A stretch of DNA of 64,000 bases from Octopus sinensis (GCF_006345805.1 NC_043015.1:15066001-15130000), one strand, 5' to 3'; positions 51,540-64,000 are shown, numbered from the stretch's first letter. The notes: generated from the sequence alone by a model not told the origin. Program-made: numbers and translations.

Positions 51540-52753
51540 CCATGATTTTTCCAGGCATTGCTGTTATCAGATAATTAATAATATGTCAATAAATAATTTA
51601 AGATTTTACCTTATAAAATACTGAAAAATAATATTTCAATTTTTCCATGTAAGTGATGATAATATTTCAATTTTTTCATGTTTAATTTAAATATATGTTG
51701 TGATTGAATTATTTGATATTACCCATCCACACCAAATTAATGGCAGGGATTTTTACCATGTTCATTGCACCATGGCTCACCAAAAGTTACAAACAACAAG
51801 ACCCCAAAACCATCAGTTACCAGGCTCACCTTAAGTAACCTAATTTTGCAAGATTAGGAGGTCACAGGAATCCATTCAATGAAAAAAAAATTTTCCAAAG
51901 ATTCCAGGTTTGGGTGGGGGTGGGGGGATTCACCCCACCTCATTTTTTCCAAACCAAAATAAGGGATTTGCAGCATATCAGGAGATCAGGGTACTTGATT
52001 CCACACAAAAAAAAAAAAATCAAATTTGGTGGGTGGGTGGGGGTTCCTAGTAAAAATCGTGTGGGTGTTAGTATAGAAATTTACCACAATGTTGTTATTT
52101 AAACCCAAATCAACCCTGATACTGCAAACCAATCATCAAAGACATTCCAACCTTCAGCAAACCGTCTTTTTAGGGCTAATCTAGGACATTACATACAATG
52201 GGCATGTGATTTAGGATTCTGAATTCCTCATGCATTTTTCTATCATTTAAGCCTAAGGAAAGTATACTTTTAATTTATAATTAAAAAATTTATGCTAATT
52301 GAAGATGAATATCTGCCTTACTGTCCCACTTGAGGTCGCAGATATTTTGATGTAACTTTTTTTCTCCTGAACCAAATATCAAACAATTTATGCCAAAGTG
52401 TAGCTGAGGAGATGTCCTCTTTAAAACTATTAACAGTTGCAATTTGGTTGAGAACTGAACTAGTGGTGAAGCTTGGAATCCGCTGCAATTGATGAAATGG
52501 TGGACTTCAGAATATATTCAACCACTACCGTGGTTGAATGATATATATATATATATATACTGTGGTTGAATGATATATATATATATCTTTTATCATTTAT
52601 TTGTTTTAGTTGTTAGACTAATTCTAATTGAACTGATCAGCCTCAGAACCTATTTTTATCTTTTAAGCCTTGTACTTATTCTATTAGTATCTTATGGGGA
52701 TGTAAACTGGTTGTCAAGCAATGAAGAGAGAAAGACACACAGACACACACACA

Positions 52754-55565
52754 CATCATCATCATCATTTCACACCTGCTTTCCATGCTGGCATGGGTTG
52801 GATGGTTTGACTCAGAACTGGCAAGCCAGGAGGCTGCACCAGGCTCCAATCTGATTTGACAAGGTTTCTACAGCTAGATACCCTTCCTAATGCCAACCAC
52901 TCCAGGTGTGTATGGGTGCTTCAATGTTCCGATGGCATGGGAGCCAGCCAGGTGGCACTGGCATCTGCCACTCGCAAATGGTGCTTTTTTCATGCCCCCA
53001 GCACGGGTGCCAGTCAGGCAGGACAGGCATCAGTCATGCTTGAATGGTGTAATTTACATGTCACTGGCACGGGTGCCAGCCAGGTGGCACACGCATCAGC
53101 CATGCTTGAATGGTACTTTCTACATGCCATTGGCACAGGTGCCAGTCAGGTGGCACTGGCATCGGCCATGCTCAAATGGTGCTTTTTACATGCCACCTGC
53201 ACAGGTGCCAGTGCTGCTGGACTGGCATCGACCATGCTCAAATGGTGCATTTTACATGCCACCAGTATGGGTGTCAGTCAGGCAGCACTGGCATTGGCCA
53301 TGATCACATTCTTGCTTGGCTTGCCGAGTCTTCTCAAGCACAGCATATCACGAAACATCTTGCTCACTTGTCATTGCCTCTGTGAGGCCCAACGTTCGAA
53401 AGTCGTGTTTCATCACCTCATCTCATATCTTCCTGGGTCTACCTCTTCCACAGGTTCCCTCCACTGTTAGGGTGTGACACTTCTTTAGACAGCCGTCCTC
53501 ATCCATATGCATCACATAACCATAACTTTGCAGTTATCTCTCTTGCACACCACAACTGATGTCTCTTATGTCCAACTTTTCTCTCAGGGCACTTACATTC
53601 TGTTGTGTATGCACACTGATATTTAACATCCAATGGAGCATACAAGCTTCATTTCTTTCAAGTTTATGCATGTCCTCAGTAGTCACAGCCCATACTTCAC
53701 TGCTGTATAGCATGGGTGTATGCACACAAGCATCATGCAGTCTATATTTCACTCTGAGCAAGAGGCCCTTTGTTACCAGCAGAGGTAAGATCCCTCTGAA
53801 CTTTGCCCAGGCTATTCTTATTTTAGAGCCATGCTCTCAGAGAAGCCACTCTCTGCTACTGACTTGGTTGCCTAGGTAACGGAAGCTATCAACTACTTCT
53901 AGTTTTTCCCTCTGGCATGTGATAGAATGTTTTGTATACATCTTTGGTGTTTATTGCACCTGTGCATCTGCCACACACAAAAGCTATTTTCCCAGTTAAA
54001 TTTCCTTTGATATTGCTACATCTCTTATGTGTCCATAGCTTACACCGAGTACATCTTATGGAGTTCCTACCTACACCTTTTCTACAGATAAAGCAGGGTT
54101 ATATACCTGAAATGATTTGTGATTTGTCTGCCTTCCTACTTACTAAGACTTTAGTTTTGTTAGGTTAAGTCTAAGGCCCTTCAATTCTAGACCTTGCTTC
54201 CATACCTGAAACTTCTCTAGTTCTTGTAGTGACTCAGCTATTAGAGCAAGGTCATCAGCATAGAAGAGCTCCCAGGGGCAGCCTGTCTTCAATTCCTTTG
54301 TAATTGCCTGGAGGACTATGATGAACAAGAGGGGACTGAAGACTAATCCTTGGTAAACTCCTACTTCTACTTGGAATTTTTTGCTACACTTGTTACCAAC
54401 CCTCACCCTACTGACTGCATCCCTGTACATGGTTTGTACAACTCACCAACCACTCATCTATCCCTCATTTCCACATTGACCACTAGATAAAAGATCAAGG
54501 GGACCCTGTCAAAGGCTTTCTCCAAGTCAACACAAAAGCCAAGTACAGAGGTTTATCTTTGGCTAGGAATTTCTCTTGCAGCTGTCTTACCAGAAATATA
54601 GCATCAGTGGTGCTTTTCCCTGGCACAAACCCAAACTGCATCTCATCTAAGCTAACTCTCTTCCAAATTAGTTGGGCTATGACCTCTCTGTGACTTTCAT
54701 TACCTGATCCAACAGTTTGATTCCTCTGTAATTATTTCTAAGGCATCACCTTTACCTTTGTAGCAGTTGACTATGGTGCTGTTACACCAGTCATTGGGTA
54801 TGACTCCTTCGTACATCACCAGGTTAACTATACAAGTGACTAGACTTTTCCCTAAACTGTCAGATATTTTAAGCATCTCAGCAGTGATTCCTGATGGGCC
54901 AGGAGCTTTCCCTGTCTTCATACTCTTAATTGCTTTATCTGCCAAGGTACTGTAAATTCGGATAACTGGTCCTTCTGTTGGGTTGACATTTGGCAGATTC
55001 TCTTACTCCCATTCATTCTCTTTGTTTAGTAATCTTTAATAGTGACATCTCCAAGTCTCTCACTTTGCAGCATCATTAAATGCAAGTGAGCTATCATCCA
55101 TGTGGACACATCCTCTCCTATGACATCAGGATTTTCTCTCGCACGCTGTCATGCAATTCAAAATACTTCAAGTTTCTGGTCCTCATAGTACAGAACATTG
55201 GCAGATTTCTTCTTATCTGCTTCCCCTCTGGCTAAATAAATCTGTCTCCTAGTTTCCTTTCTGGTGATCTGATGCTACCACTCTTCCAGTCCTTCCATGC
55301 CTTTTACTTTTTCCTAAAGGCCCTGTCAACTACAATGTTCCACTACCATGTCACCTTAGGTCACTAGTGTACTTTGCACCAGCCACAGATCTGGTCAGTA
55401 GCCCAGGTTGTCTTCCACATTATGTGATGCTATATCCTCCTCTTTTTCATCAAAAGCTTCAAGTAATACATCTCTAAATCTCTGTCCATTCAGAGGATCC
55501 TTAAGCTTTCAAACCCTTCTTTTCCACACTGGTTGTTTGGGCAGCCATTTAGCCCTGATCATAAA
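52754..55565 (-). mobile_element. 5'-truncated, frameshifted RTE-clade LINE with 63-bp minisatellite in the 3' UTR and (ATG)n tail
   Basis: RT motifs KAPGPSG, QFGFVPG-like, GVYQGLVFSPLLF, LFYADDLALIA and PMLYSSEVW in ORFs 54700-54945, 54143-54430 and 53534-53761. catcatcat tail at 52754-52766. Confidence 0.9.
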
Positions 55566-55580
55566 GTTGCTAACTACTAA

Positions 55581-55604
<24 letters not shown>

Positions 55605-55650
<46 letters not shown>

Positions 55651-55684
55651 GGTTAGATATATAAATATATAGGTATACAAATAC

Positions 55685-55715
<31 letters not shown>

Positions 55716-55766
55716 TGTATGTATGTATGTATGTATTTGTATATCTATATATTTATATATCTAACC

Positions 55767-55812
<46 letters not shown>
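55605..55812. repeat. Fold-back inverted repeat of (ATAG)n plus unique sequence, with a (TATG)n loop
   Basis: Arms 55605-55687 and 55730-55812 (83 bp, one mismatch). Confidence 0.9.
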
Positions 55813-55813
55813 A

Positions 55814-55876
<63 letters not shown>

Positions 55877-56791
55877 TTTGTATTTCTACATAAGTGATGA
55901 TTTTATATTTGGGTATACACCTTGTAGTATGCTGCTTCAAGCCTGTTCACAGTATTCGGTTACCTGATATCAACAACAGTATGGAGGTATATGCCACTGG
56001 ATTTACTTCAGGAATTCCTTTGTGTTTGAAAAGTTTATAAAAAAAGAGACAAAGAAAATATAATTCATGAGACTCTTTATTCAGAATCACTATGATCACT
56101 TTGACACATCATGCACCAGTACTTTACAGATGAGATGTTGAACAAACAATTACGCATTGTAGGTGCAAATGCATCTTCTCAGATGACTTTTCAAAAAGTA
56201 CCTTGTTTTTTATTTGCTGTTCTGCTTATTTCTATAACAATGTATTTTGGTAAATGTAGTATTCTATTCATCTCCATCAGGAATTGAGATATATAATGAA
56301 CAATTCTTATGCAAGCAATAAAATAAATTGTACAAGAATGAAAGAATAAGGAATCAAAAAATAATATAAATAAATCAAATGAAATGTAATACATTGTTAA
56401 ATACATGTGATCAGAATCGAACAAAAAAAAATCAGACATTCATATTGACTTTCACATTTCATCAAAACATAATTTTGATAGTGATGTTAAAGTTAGACTG
56501 ATATGTTCCTCCAGTTTGGATATATGAAGGATCAGCAAAATTATTATCGATAGGGTAATACCAATCCTTAAATCCAAAATTATATCATCACTGTGGTCTG
56601 ACACTCAGTAGGTAATCAGGTGATTTAAGAAACTAGAGATAAATAAGAGAAGTAAGTTATACAGCTAGACTTAGCTATCTATTACTCCACTATTAATCCT
56701 ATTCTTCTAAATAAGGCCTTAATTTTTGCTATGTGGAGTTCAGGTTTGTCTAGATCAGAGATAGAAATTATATTTAGACATAGAAGAAAGT

Positions 56792-57046
56792 ATGGTAGGT
56801 TTTGATGGGAATCTTTTGAGTAGATCAGATAAAGTAGATTCCTTCTATGCAGCAATAAGATCTAGAGACTCTGCACAAGTCATGGCTTTATTCAGAGTAT
56901 ACAACCAATCCCAAATTGAACCCTGGTTTCCTAAAATGGGAGGTGGTCTATATAGGGATGATACTCTCTTCATAATAGATTGTGGGGATGAGATGAACCA
57001 GAAGGAAGGGGCTGTGAAAAATTTATATAACCATCCAACATTCTGA
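56792..57046 (+). mobile_element. Possible deleted Penelope RT remnant
   Basis: DSFYAAI and GLYRDD resemble PLE RT motifs (DFYPSI, GLYRDD), but their spacing is too short. Confidence 0.3.
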
Positions 57047-57074
57047 CTACTTTATTATTCTCAATATATATAAC

Positions 57075-57230
57075 AGGTTTCTTTCAGTTTCCTTCTACTA
57101 AATCCACTCACAAGGCTTTGGTCAACCCAAGGTTATAGTAGAAGACATTTGTGTGTCACATAGAGGGACTGAACCCAGAACCATGTGGTTAGGAAACAAG
57201 CTTCTTACCACACAGTCTCTCCTGTGCCTC
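57075..57230 (-). mobile_element. 5'-half SINE copy (microsatellite-bearing family)
   Basis: Same aaatccactcacaaggctttggtc...gggactgaacccagaaccatgtgg motif. Confidence 0.75.
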
Positions 57231-58599
57231 ACAGAATTGTTAGCACATTGGACAAAATGGCATTTCTTCCAACTCTCTATATTCTAAGTTCAAATCCTGC
57301 TGAGGTTATCTTTGCCTTTTATTGTTTTTGGCTTGATAAAGTATCTGTCATGTACTGAAGTTGATGTAATTGACTTGTCACTTTCTTTCAAAATTGAACC
57401 TTGAACCTTGCAATGGATTAGTGTCCCATTCAGGGAAATGTTAGCTACTTACATTCTTTTCTACTCAAGGCACAAGGCCTGAAATTTTGGGCAAGGGAGC
57501 CAGTCAATTAGATCAACCCCAGTATGCAACTGGTACTTAAATTTCCGACCCTGAAAGAATGAAAGGCAAAGTCGACTTCAGCGAAATTCGAGCTCAGAAA
57601 GTAAAGACATGAAATACCGCTAAGCATTTTGCCAAGATTACTAACATTTCTGCCAGCTCACTGCCATAGCTAGTTACTTATATTGCCATAGAAACAAGGT
57701 ACCAACCTCATGAGTCCTTGGGCTCAAGATGTATATATGTAATGATTAAATTTTGTTGACGTAATGCTGTGAAGAAATGATTAAGGAACAATATTTGATT
57801 GGTTATTAAAATGGTCACTTGTTAAGTTGATTATAATATTAGTCATTACAATATATAAGAACTATACAACTGTTGCAAGTTGCTTGTGTACACAAGTTGT
57901 TTGTTGCAGTGAAATAAATTCTGGTTTCATGGTTCATTCTGTGTAGGAGATAGCTTCTTCCCTGAGCTGCTAGAGAGATGGAAAAAGTAATAATGCCTTT
58001 ATAATTAGAGAGAGCAATAAGTTTAATCTCATGAATTATTCTTTAACTAGAATCTAGTCAAATGCTCTTGGTTGACACCAGAGTTACCAGAAGAGAAAGA
58101 TAGCTGTTTGCTAGTGTTTTTATAATATTTCTAATTATAGTAAGTCAACTGAGAAGAATTGAATTTCTCCACTATATCTGTTCTGACCCTTCTGTGACTG
58201 GAGAAGGTAAGAGAGGTCAACTCAATCTCATTAATTTGTGAGTGCAAAAAGGCACACATACACTCACCACTCTCTCTCACACATACACACCCTCTCTCAT
58301 ACATGCACATATACAGCACACATGCATGCACACACACGTGCACACACATGCACACATGCATGCACACACACTCTCTCCCTCTCTCTCTCACACACACACA
58401 CAGATACTTAATTTTGCATAGACTGTATATCATTTCATGTTTTAGATGCTTGTTTCATTTTATGTTATATATAGTTTGAGTTTGCATTATTCATTCTTTT
58501 GATTTTTATCCCTTTGTTGATTTATTTTGATTTTTCCTAATACAATTTTGCATACACAAGTTACACACTGAGTAATAATACCATGTGGAAAGAGAAGAG

Positions 58600-58960
58600 G
58601 GACAACAGGGTCAAGAGATGATCACAAACGATTTGGGGAAGTGACAAAGTCAAGGAGACAAGAGGAAACAGCTGAGATGATGGTCATAGAGTCAGGAAAT
58701 ATAAGAAAGAGAGAAAGAGAGAATGAAGAGGATAGGAGTGCACATCTCCAGGATGTGAAACAAAGAAAGAATAGTAGAAACTTAGATCCTCCAAGGCTTT
58801 GCATTGGAAGACAGATGATCATACAAGAAATGCATGAGAATCTAATCATAGTAAAGATCAATGTTGGCGTTATTCAAAAATGACATTGTCATGATTCCTA
58901 GAATTCAGTTCAGTATATGAGAAGATGAAGATGCAGAATGTCTTAATTTAGCTTGACAAA
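58600..58960 (+). mobile_element. Possible Helitron Rep N-terminal remnant
   Basis: RRQEETAE...RERE.E.RS..LQD.KQR, then NVG..Q..HC, resembling the Helitron N-terminal charged repeats plus zinc-knuckle region. Degraded. Confidence 0.35.
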
Positions 58961-59350
58961 TCAGCTTTCCAGCATAACCAACTGTGTGTAGCTTTAAGCT
59001 GAGGAATAAGGAATGAAAATGTAGGAAGGCAGGTCAATCAGAAATGTTATCATAAAAAGCGTTCTACTTCAAGCAGCCAATACGTACAGTTGTCTTACAT
59101 CTTTAATACGGAAAGCATTGTCAATAACCTTCCAGGCAAAGCCTTCATATTCACAATTTTATTCATGCATTTAACAGATTACTATTATAGGAATAGTTCC
59201 AATTAAAGAGGTCAAGAAGTTAGATTAAATATATATATGTAAAACTACCATGATTTCCATTCAACAAACTGGCAAACAATTCAGTATATTATTTACTCAG
59301 TAACACCAGGTAACAAGTCTAGTGTGTGTGTATAAATACATATGTGTATA

Positions 59351-60261
59351 TGAGGTGGTATCAAAAAGTTCCTTGACTAGTTCTGTAGTATGCCAACAGA
59401 TGGCAGCACTTGGTTGCATGTGCAATGACAGCTAGTAGTGACTTTCATAAGGCAGTGTGCCGAGTGACATCACTGTTTACTTAGCAAGTTGTGAAATTTG
59501 TTTTTGTGATTGCATGTATGCTGAAGTCTGCCATTTTTGTCATGGACAGGAAGTTGGAACAAAGAACTAATGTGAAATTTTGTATTAAATTTTGGAAGTC
59601 TGCTAAAGAAATATTGAGCATACTTCGGCAAGCTTACGGCAATGAGGCAGTTGGTTGTACGCAATGTTTTGAGTGGCATGGGCATTTCAAAAGTGGAAGA
59701 ACGTCCCTGGAAGATGATGAGCAAGTTAGAAGACCTGCCACAAGCATCACCCCTGGAAATGTGGTATTGTGCTTTGAGAATTCATTCCCCAGGGCCAAAC
59801 TGTCAATCAAGAGTTCTGCTGTGACATTTTGCAGTGTTTGAGGGAGGACATTCAGTAAAAGTGACTGGATCTGTGGAGCATGGTGAACTGGATTCTTCAC
59901 AATGACAATGTGCCCTGTCACCAAGTTCTCCTCACTCATGAGTTTCTCACCAAAAAACAACATGGTGTCACTTCTGCACCCAATCATCCTATCATCAGAT
60001 TTAGCACCTGCAGACTTCCCAAGATAAAAATGTAGCTCAAAGGTTGCCATTTTAACACCATTGTCGAGATCCTGAGTGAATCGCCGAAGATCCTTGATTT
60101 TCTTACAGAAAACGACCTCCAGGCTGGATTTCAAAAGTGGCAGGAATTCTGAGATCGGTGTAATGCTGCACAGAATGACTATTTTGAAGGAGATGTGTTA
60201 AAACTCAGATAAATAAGTTATTTTTTATTAAACATACCTAGTTTGTTTTGACACCACCTTG
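59351..60261 (+). mobile_element. Internally deleted mariner transposon with TIRs and TA TSD
   Basis: TA|TGAGGTGGTATCAAAA...TTTTGACACCACCTTG|TA. Translates EQRTNVKFC..K.A.E...LRQAYG..FEWH..FKSGRTSLEDD..RP, then GQTVNQEF-like and HDN-like motifs with frameshifts. Confidence 0.9.
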
Positions 60262-62499
60262 TATATATTACTAATGCTTTGAGTTCTATTTCTCTTGTAT
60301 TATCAAACTTCTATATTTATCTCAAGTAATGTAACATCTTATGAATATGTAATTACTTTTATAGTTTACAATCTAAGCATTACTATGTATTATTTAGACC
60401 TGTAATACATTTGTGTGAATTACACTGATTTCGTTTCTTTGTAAGTATGTATTGCCTGTGTGTTATGTGTGTGTGTGTGCATGTGTGTACATTTGTGTAT
60501 GAATAATTGCCCACATCTTGGATATGTATCTTTGTGCATCCTGTATTATATTCATTATTTCACTTTTCTTTCTCTTTCTCTCTCTTTGCAAAGTTCATTC
60601 TTTTGACTTTACCATGCTCTATTTTCAGCTGACCTGGTTAATCTTACTAACTTTAACCCCCCCCCCACCTCTCTTCTCTTCACTTCTTTGTACTACTTTC
60701 CACTCCATTCATACTGTCAAGGATGGATGGATGGGGAGTGGGTCCTATTAGTCTTTCCCTTTAACATTGCCTCCCTATTTCTCTTTTCCTTAGCAACCAT
60801 GCTACTAGCATACATGTTTCTTTTCTCTTCAAAGAAGGATAAAAGTCAGAAATAATTAATTTTTCACTCCTCACAGCAAACCTAAGTTTTGTACTTGAGT
60901 CTGGATCTTACCTTCTTCCTTCCATAGTTGGTCTTATGCCTTTAGTTCTCTTGTTTCATTGTCATACATCTTCTTTAGCATGTTTCCATCAAATCTTTTT
61001 CTTATGTAGAGAGAGGAACTCTTTGCTGTTGATAGATCTGGTTATTCCTACTCTGTATTTTTAGTTAGAGGAGGAAAGATGGTACCCATGGCACTTTTCA
61101 GGCTCTACTACAGGGAGAAAGTTATTTATAGACAGCTTGCAGTAAAGGGGCAGCTCTATCGCATGACTTTTAGAGGACCCCTGCAATTTTTTGTTTCAAG
61201 GCCCCATCCCTTCAATCAAAATTCATAATCTATGCACCTTTTAGTCATAACTATATTTTATTTTATTCTTTCTGAAGTTCAATATTTCACCTTATGCTAA
61301 AAAACATCTATAAAAGTACAACAAGTTAAATTTATTTAGGTCTATTACAAATTTCAATAAGTAAAACTTCCAGATATGAATAAAAGAGCACTTTTATAAT
61401 CCAGGCAACTTTTAAAGACAAACATAGCGCACTTTTCACTTTGTGAAATCATTGATCATTTCAAAATAATCAAGCTGAGAGCTAAGTTTGTGTTCAAAAG
61501 ATATAGACAATCCACAAAGTCTGTTACATGTTTGTGGTAGAATGTAATATTTTTACAAGAACTTTTGCAGTTCCAATATATTACCATTTTATTTCTTGAA
61601 ATTTTCCATTAACATAGTTTAATTCTTGTTCAACATCTTTACCAAAGTAAATAGATGACTCATCTACATACTTTGATCTTAACATGGGGTCCCTCAACTG
61701 CAAAGGCCCCCTGCATCTGTAGGAGTTGCAGGGGCTAAGTGATGTCCCTGCAAAGGGGATTATGCTGAAGGCACCAAAGGGCCAGATACCTTAAACTTCT
61801 TGTCACTGCACTTAAATTCTGAATCCCAAATCATCTCTTGTTCTACATTCTGTCTGAAAAATGGTAGATAACATGATCTTCTCAGTTTCAGTTAGTTGAG
61901 AGCAATTGACACTTTTCAGATGTTTTTATATTTTGGCAGGAAAGAAAAAGAAAAAAAGGGCAAAAACACTGTTTTTATTCCAAGATCTAGATGTCATGGA
62001 TATTATTCTCAGAAACATGGAAGAAGTAAATACCTAGACATAGACTTCAGAGACACGACAATACAAATAATAAATAATAGCCTGAGGGTGATGTTGTGGA
62101 TTTGATCCTGTGTTTTGCTACATAGAAATCCCAATTCAATCATGTGTACAACCAAGATTTTAACTGATGAATGGCCATTTTATCCAATGAATGGTCTAAT
62201 TAGAACTTTCTATCAGCAAGGCCTACAAATACAGCCAAATGGAGGGCCAAAGATTCAAGGTGTCTCAGATTGAGTTGGCATACACTCTCCTAATGCCTGG
62301 AATGATTGTCAAAGGAGACATACCATGGCACCTGAATATGTATTTGATATGTAAAAATTAGCACAAATGTTGACTTTGTAACAAAGACTTTCTATATGTA
62401 TCATATTGAGTTGTTTCATATGAATGTTTCCATTGATTTATTGCATGGACATCTTTACTATTAAACAAATAAATTATTTTTCCAGTACATGAAGAAGCG

Positions 62500-63605
62500 T
62501 TCCTTTGTTACAGAGTCATGAAAATGAAGAGAGAGGCTTAAAAGGATTTGGAAGGAAGGAGGCAGCAGATAACTTTTTCAGGTAACTAGAAGAAAAGCGA
62601 AGGAAAAGTGTTTTATTTAACAAGATAAGATGCAAAAAATAAGAGGTTTGCCAATATTCTTTGGCATAAGCATTAGAAGTGTGAGATGTTCTGGATTGAA
62701 AGGAAGTGTACAAGAGTGAGTTGAAATGTGAGTGAGAAGTGTGTACACATAGATGATGGTGCACATGCACTTAACGGTTCTGCAAAGAGGCATGGAAGAG
62801 CTAGTATGAAAGGCTATGAAATATTGAGAACACATAAGGAGAAAAGGGGTCCCCCAGTGTAGAGCCAACAGAGAGGGATTAACCCTTTTGTTACCGCATT
62901 TATTTTGAGATGCTCTGTGTTTCTTTCAATAACTTTAAATATAACAAAGAATTTAGTAAAATAACTTAGCTATTATTCAGCTAATGTTAGGAACATAAAT
63001 TGTGACTAATGTTTGGTGGAAGATTTTAATTCAAAACTTAGGAAAACAAGACATTTGTACTCAGAGCCAGAGCCGGTTTCAGCCGGGTTGGTAATGAAAG
63101 GGTTAAAGCAATTAAGGATATGAAACCTCTTGTCTATCAAGAGTTACATCTGAGATGCTTAAAATATCTGGGCTGGTCACTCAAACAGTCAGTCAGGTTG
63201 TATAGGAAAGTGTCATACGTGATTACTGGCTAACCAACATCATGGCCAACTATTATAAGAGTAAAACTTAGAGAAGGATAATTACAGAAGTATCAAATGG
63301 GCCATTTCATGAAAATTATAGAATGGGTTATATCTCAGTTGATTAGGAAGTGAGACAGTTCAGTTGAGCTGCAATTCAGCTATGTGCCAGGAATAAATGC
63401 AACTAATGCCATTTTCCTACTGAGACATCTGTGGAAGTACTAAGCAAGAAGCAAACCAATGTACCTTGTGTTTTTTGGCCTGGAGAAAACCTTCAATACG
63501 GTCCTTTGCTCTGTGATCTGGTGGTTGTTGAGGAAGCTAGGTGTAGACAAACGGCTTGTGAGAATCATATAAGCTGTGTATAGAGGTGGTGTCTGCAAGG
63601 TGAGA
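62500..63605 (+). mobile_element. Degraded RTE-clade LINE fragments, interrupted by a MITE
   Basis: 63350-63600 translates QFSYVPG..TNAIFLLRHL..KPMYLVFFGLEKTFNTV..IWWLLRKLGV (RT subdomains). Confidence 0.75.
62883..63102. mobile_element. piggyBac-like MITE
   Basis: TTAA|cccttttgttacc ... ggtaatgaaaggg|TTAA: 13-bp imperfect TIR and TTAA TSD. Confidence 0.75.
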
Positions 63606-63877
63606 GCTAACACTGAACATAATGATGAAGTTTGACCAAGAGGGTGGATTCGAAGTAGTTGACATAGCTTCTGTTACCTAGGTGACATAAGTAGCAGTAG
63701 AAGAAGATACTTTTGAAAGTGTAGATGAATGACAGAGCACAAATGTATCGAGAAAAAAAGGGAAAATAAAAAGAAGACAACAATGTGCACGTATATACAC
63801 ACATATATGTGTGTGTGTATGTATACATACACACACACACACACATATATCCTGAAATCAGTTTTCACTACATGTGT

Positions 63878-63960
63878 ACCTCTGATGAGTGCAGGGTTAC
63901 ATAATTGTGCTGTTACCTAACACTCCATGGAATCCCTAGTGCGAAACCAATTGGTAAGGT
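63878..63960 (+). ncRNA. Type I hammerhead ribozyme motif (Penelope-type, palindromic stem III)
   Basis: acct-CTGATGA-gtgcaggg...ccctagtgc-GAAA-ccaattgg-TA|aggt. Stem I is acct/aggt. Stem II closes G-C with G-U wobbles. Stem III is the perfect palindrome ACCAATTGGT. Predicted GUA cleavage after 63956. Confidence 0.82.
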
Positions 63961-64000
63961 TGGTTGTAATGGATATATAATACTGTACATTTTGATTAAT

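Noticed and set aside
51911-52045. G-rich runs (possible G-quadruplex)
   Set aside because: Fewer than four separated G3 tracts in each cluster.
52856-53470. 204-aa repetitive ORF
   Set aside because: Antisense to an RTE 3' UTR minisatellite; its repeat period is a multiple of 3.
58141-58206. + strand exon-like segment SQLRRIEFLHYICSDPSVTGE with AAG|GTAAGA donor
   Set aside because: Isolated, no phase-compatible partner found and no recognisable homology.

Overview
AT-rich, repeat-dense eukaryotic genomic DNA. The SINE, MITE and RTE repertoire looks like a coleoid cephalopod (Octopus); this is inferred by recognition, not by a database search. One gene is firmly supported: a minus-strand tetraspanin of the TSPAN6/7 type. 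It has five phase-0 coding exons (35747-35839, 12860-13048, 6946-7020, 2425-2526, and 1-71 truncated by the window) that splice into one open frame containing TM1-TM3 and the CCG motif. The rest is transposon-derived: tRNA-derived SINEs, RTE/Tx1/Penelope retroelement remnants, mariner, Tigger, Helitron/Helentron pieces, MITEs and microsatellites. Main highlights: (1) at least five unrelated Penelope-type minimal hammerhead ribozyme motifs, including a canonical one at 63878-63960 and one at the loop of a perfect 147-bp inverted repeat in tetraspanin intron 1; (2) a composite Helitron (A|TC 38421 ... CTAG|T 41814) that appears to have read through its terminator, captured about 1.4 kb of tetraspanin intron 1 and acquired a new 3' end, leaving kb-scale inverted repeats around the ATG exon; (3) a ~4.9-kb (TA/CA) array that is the expanded internal microsatellite of one SINE. 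There are no rRNA, tRNA or CRISPR features. A possible second gene at 38-50 kb is only weakly supported.
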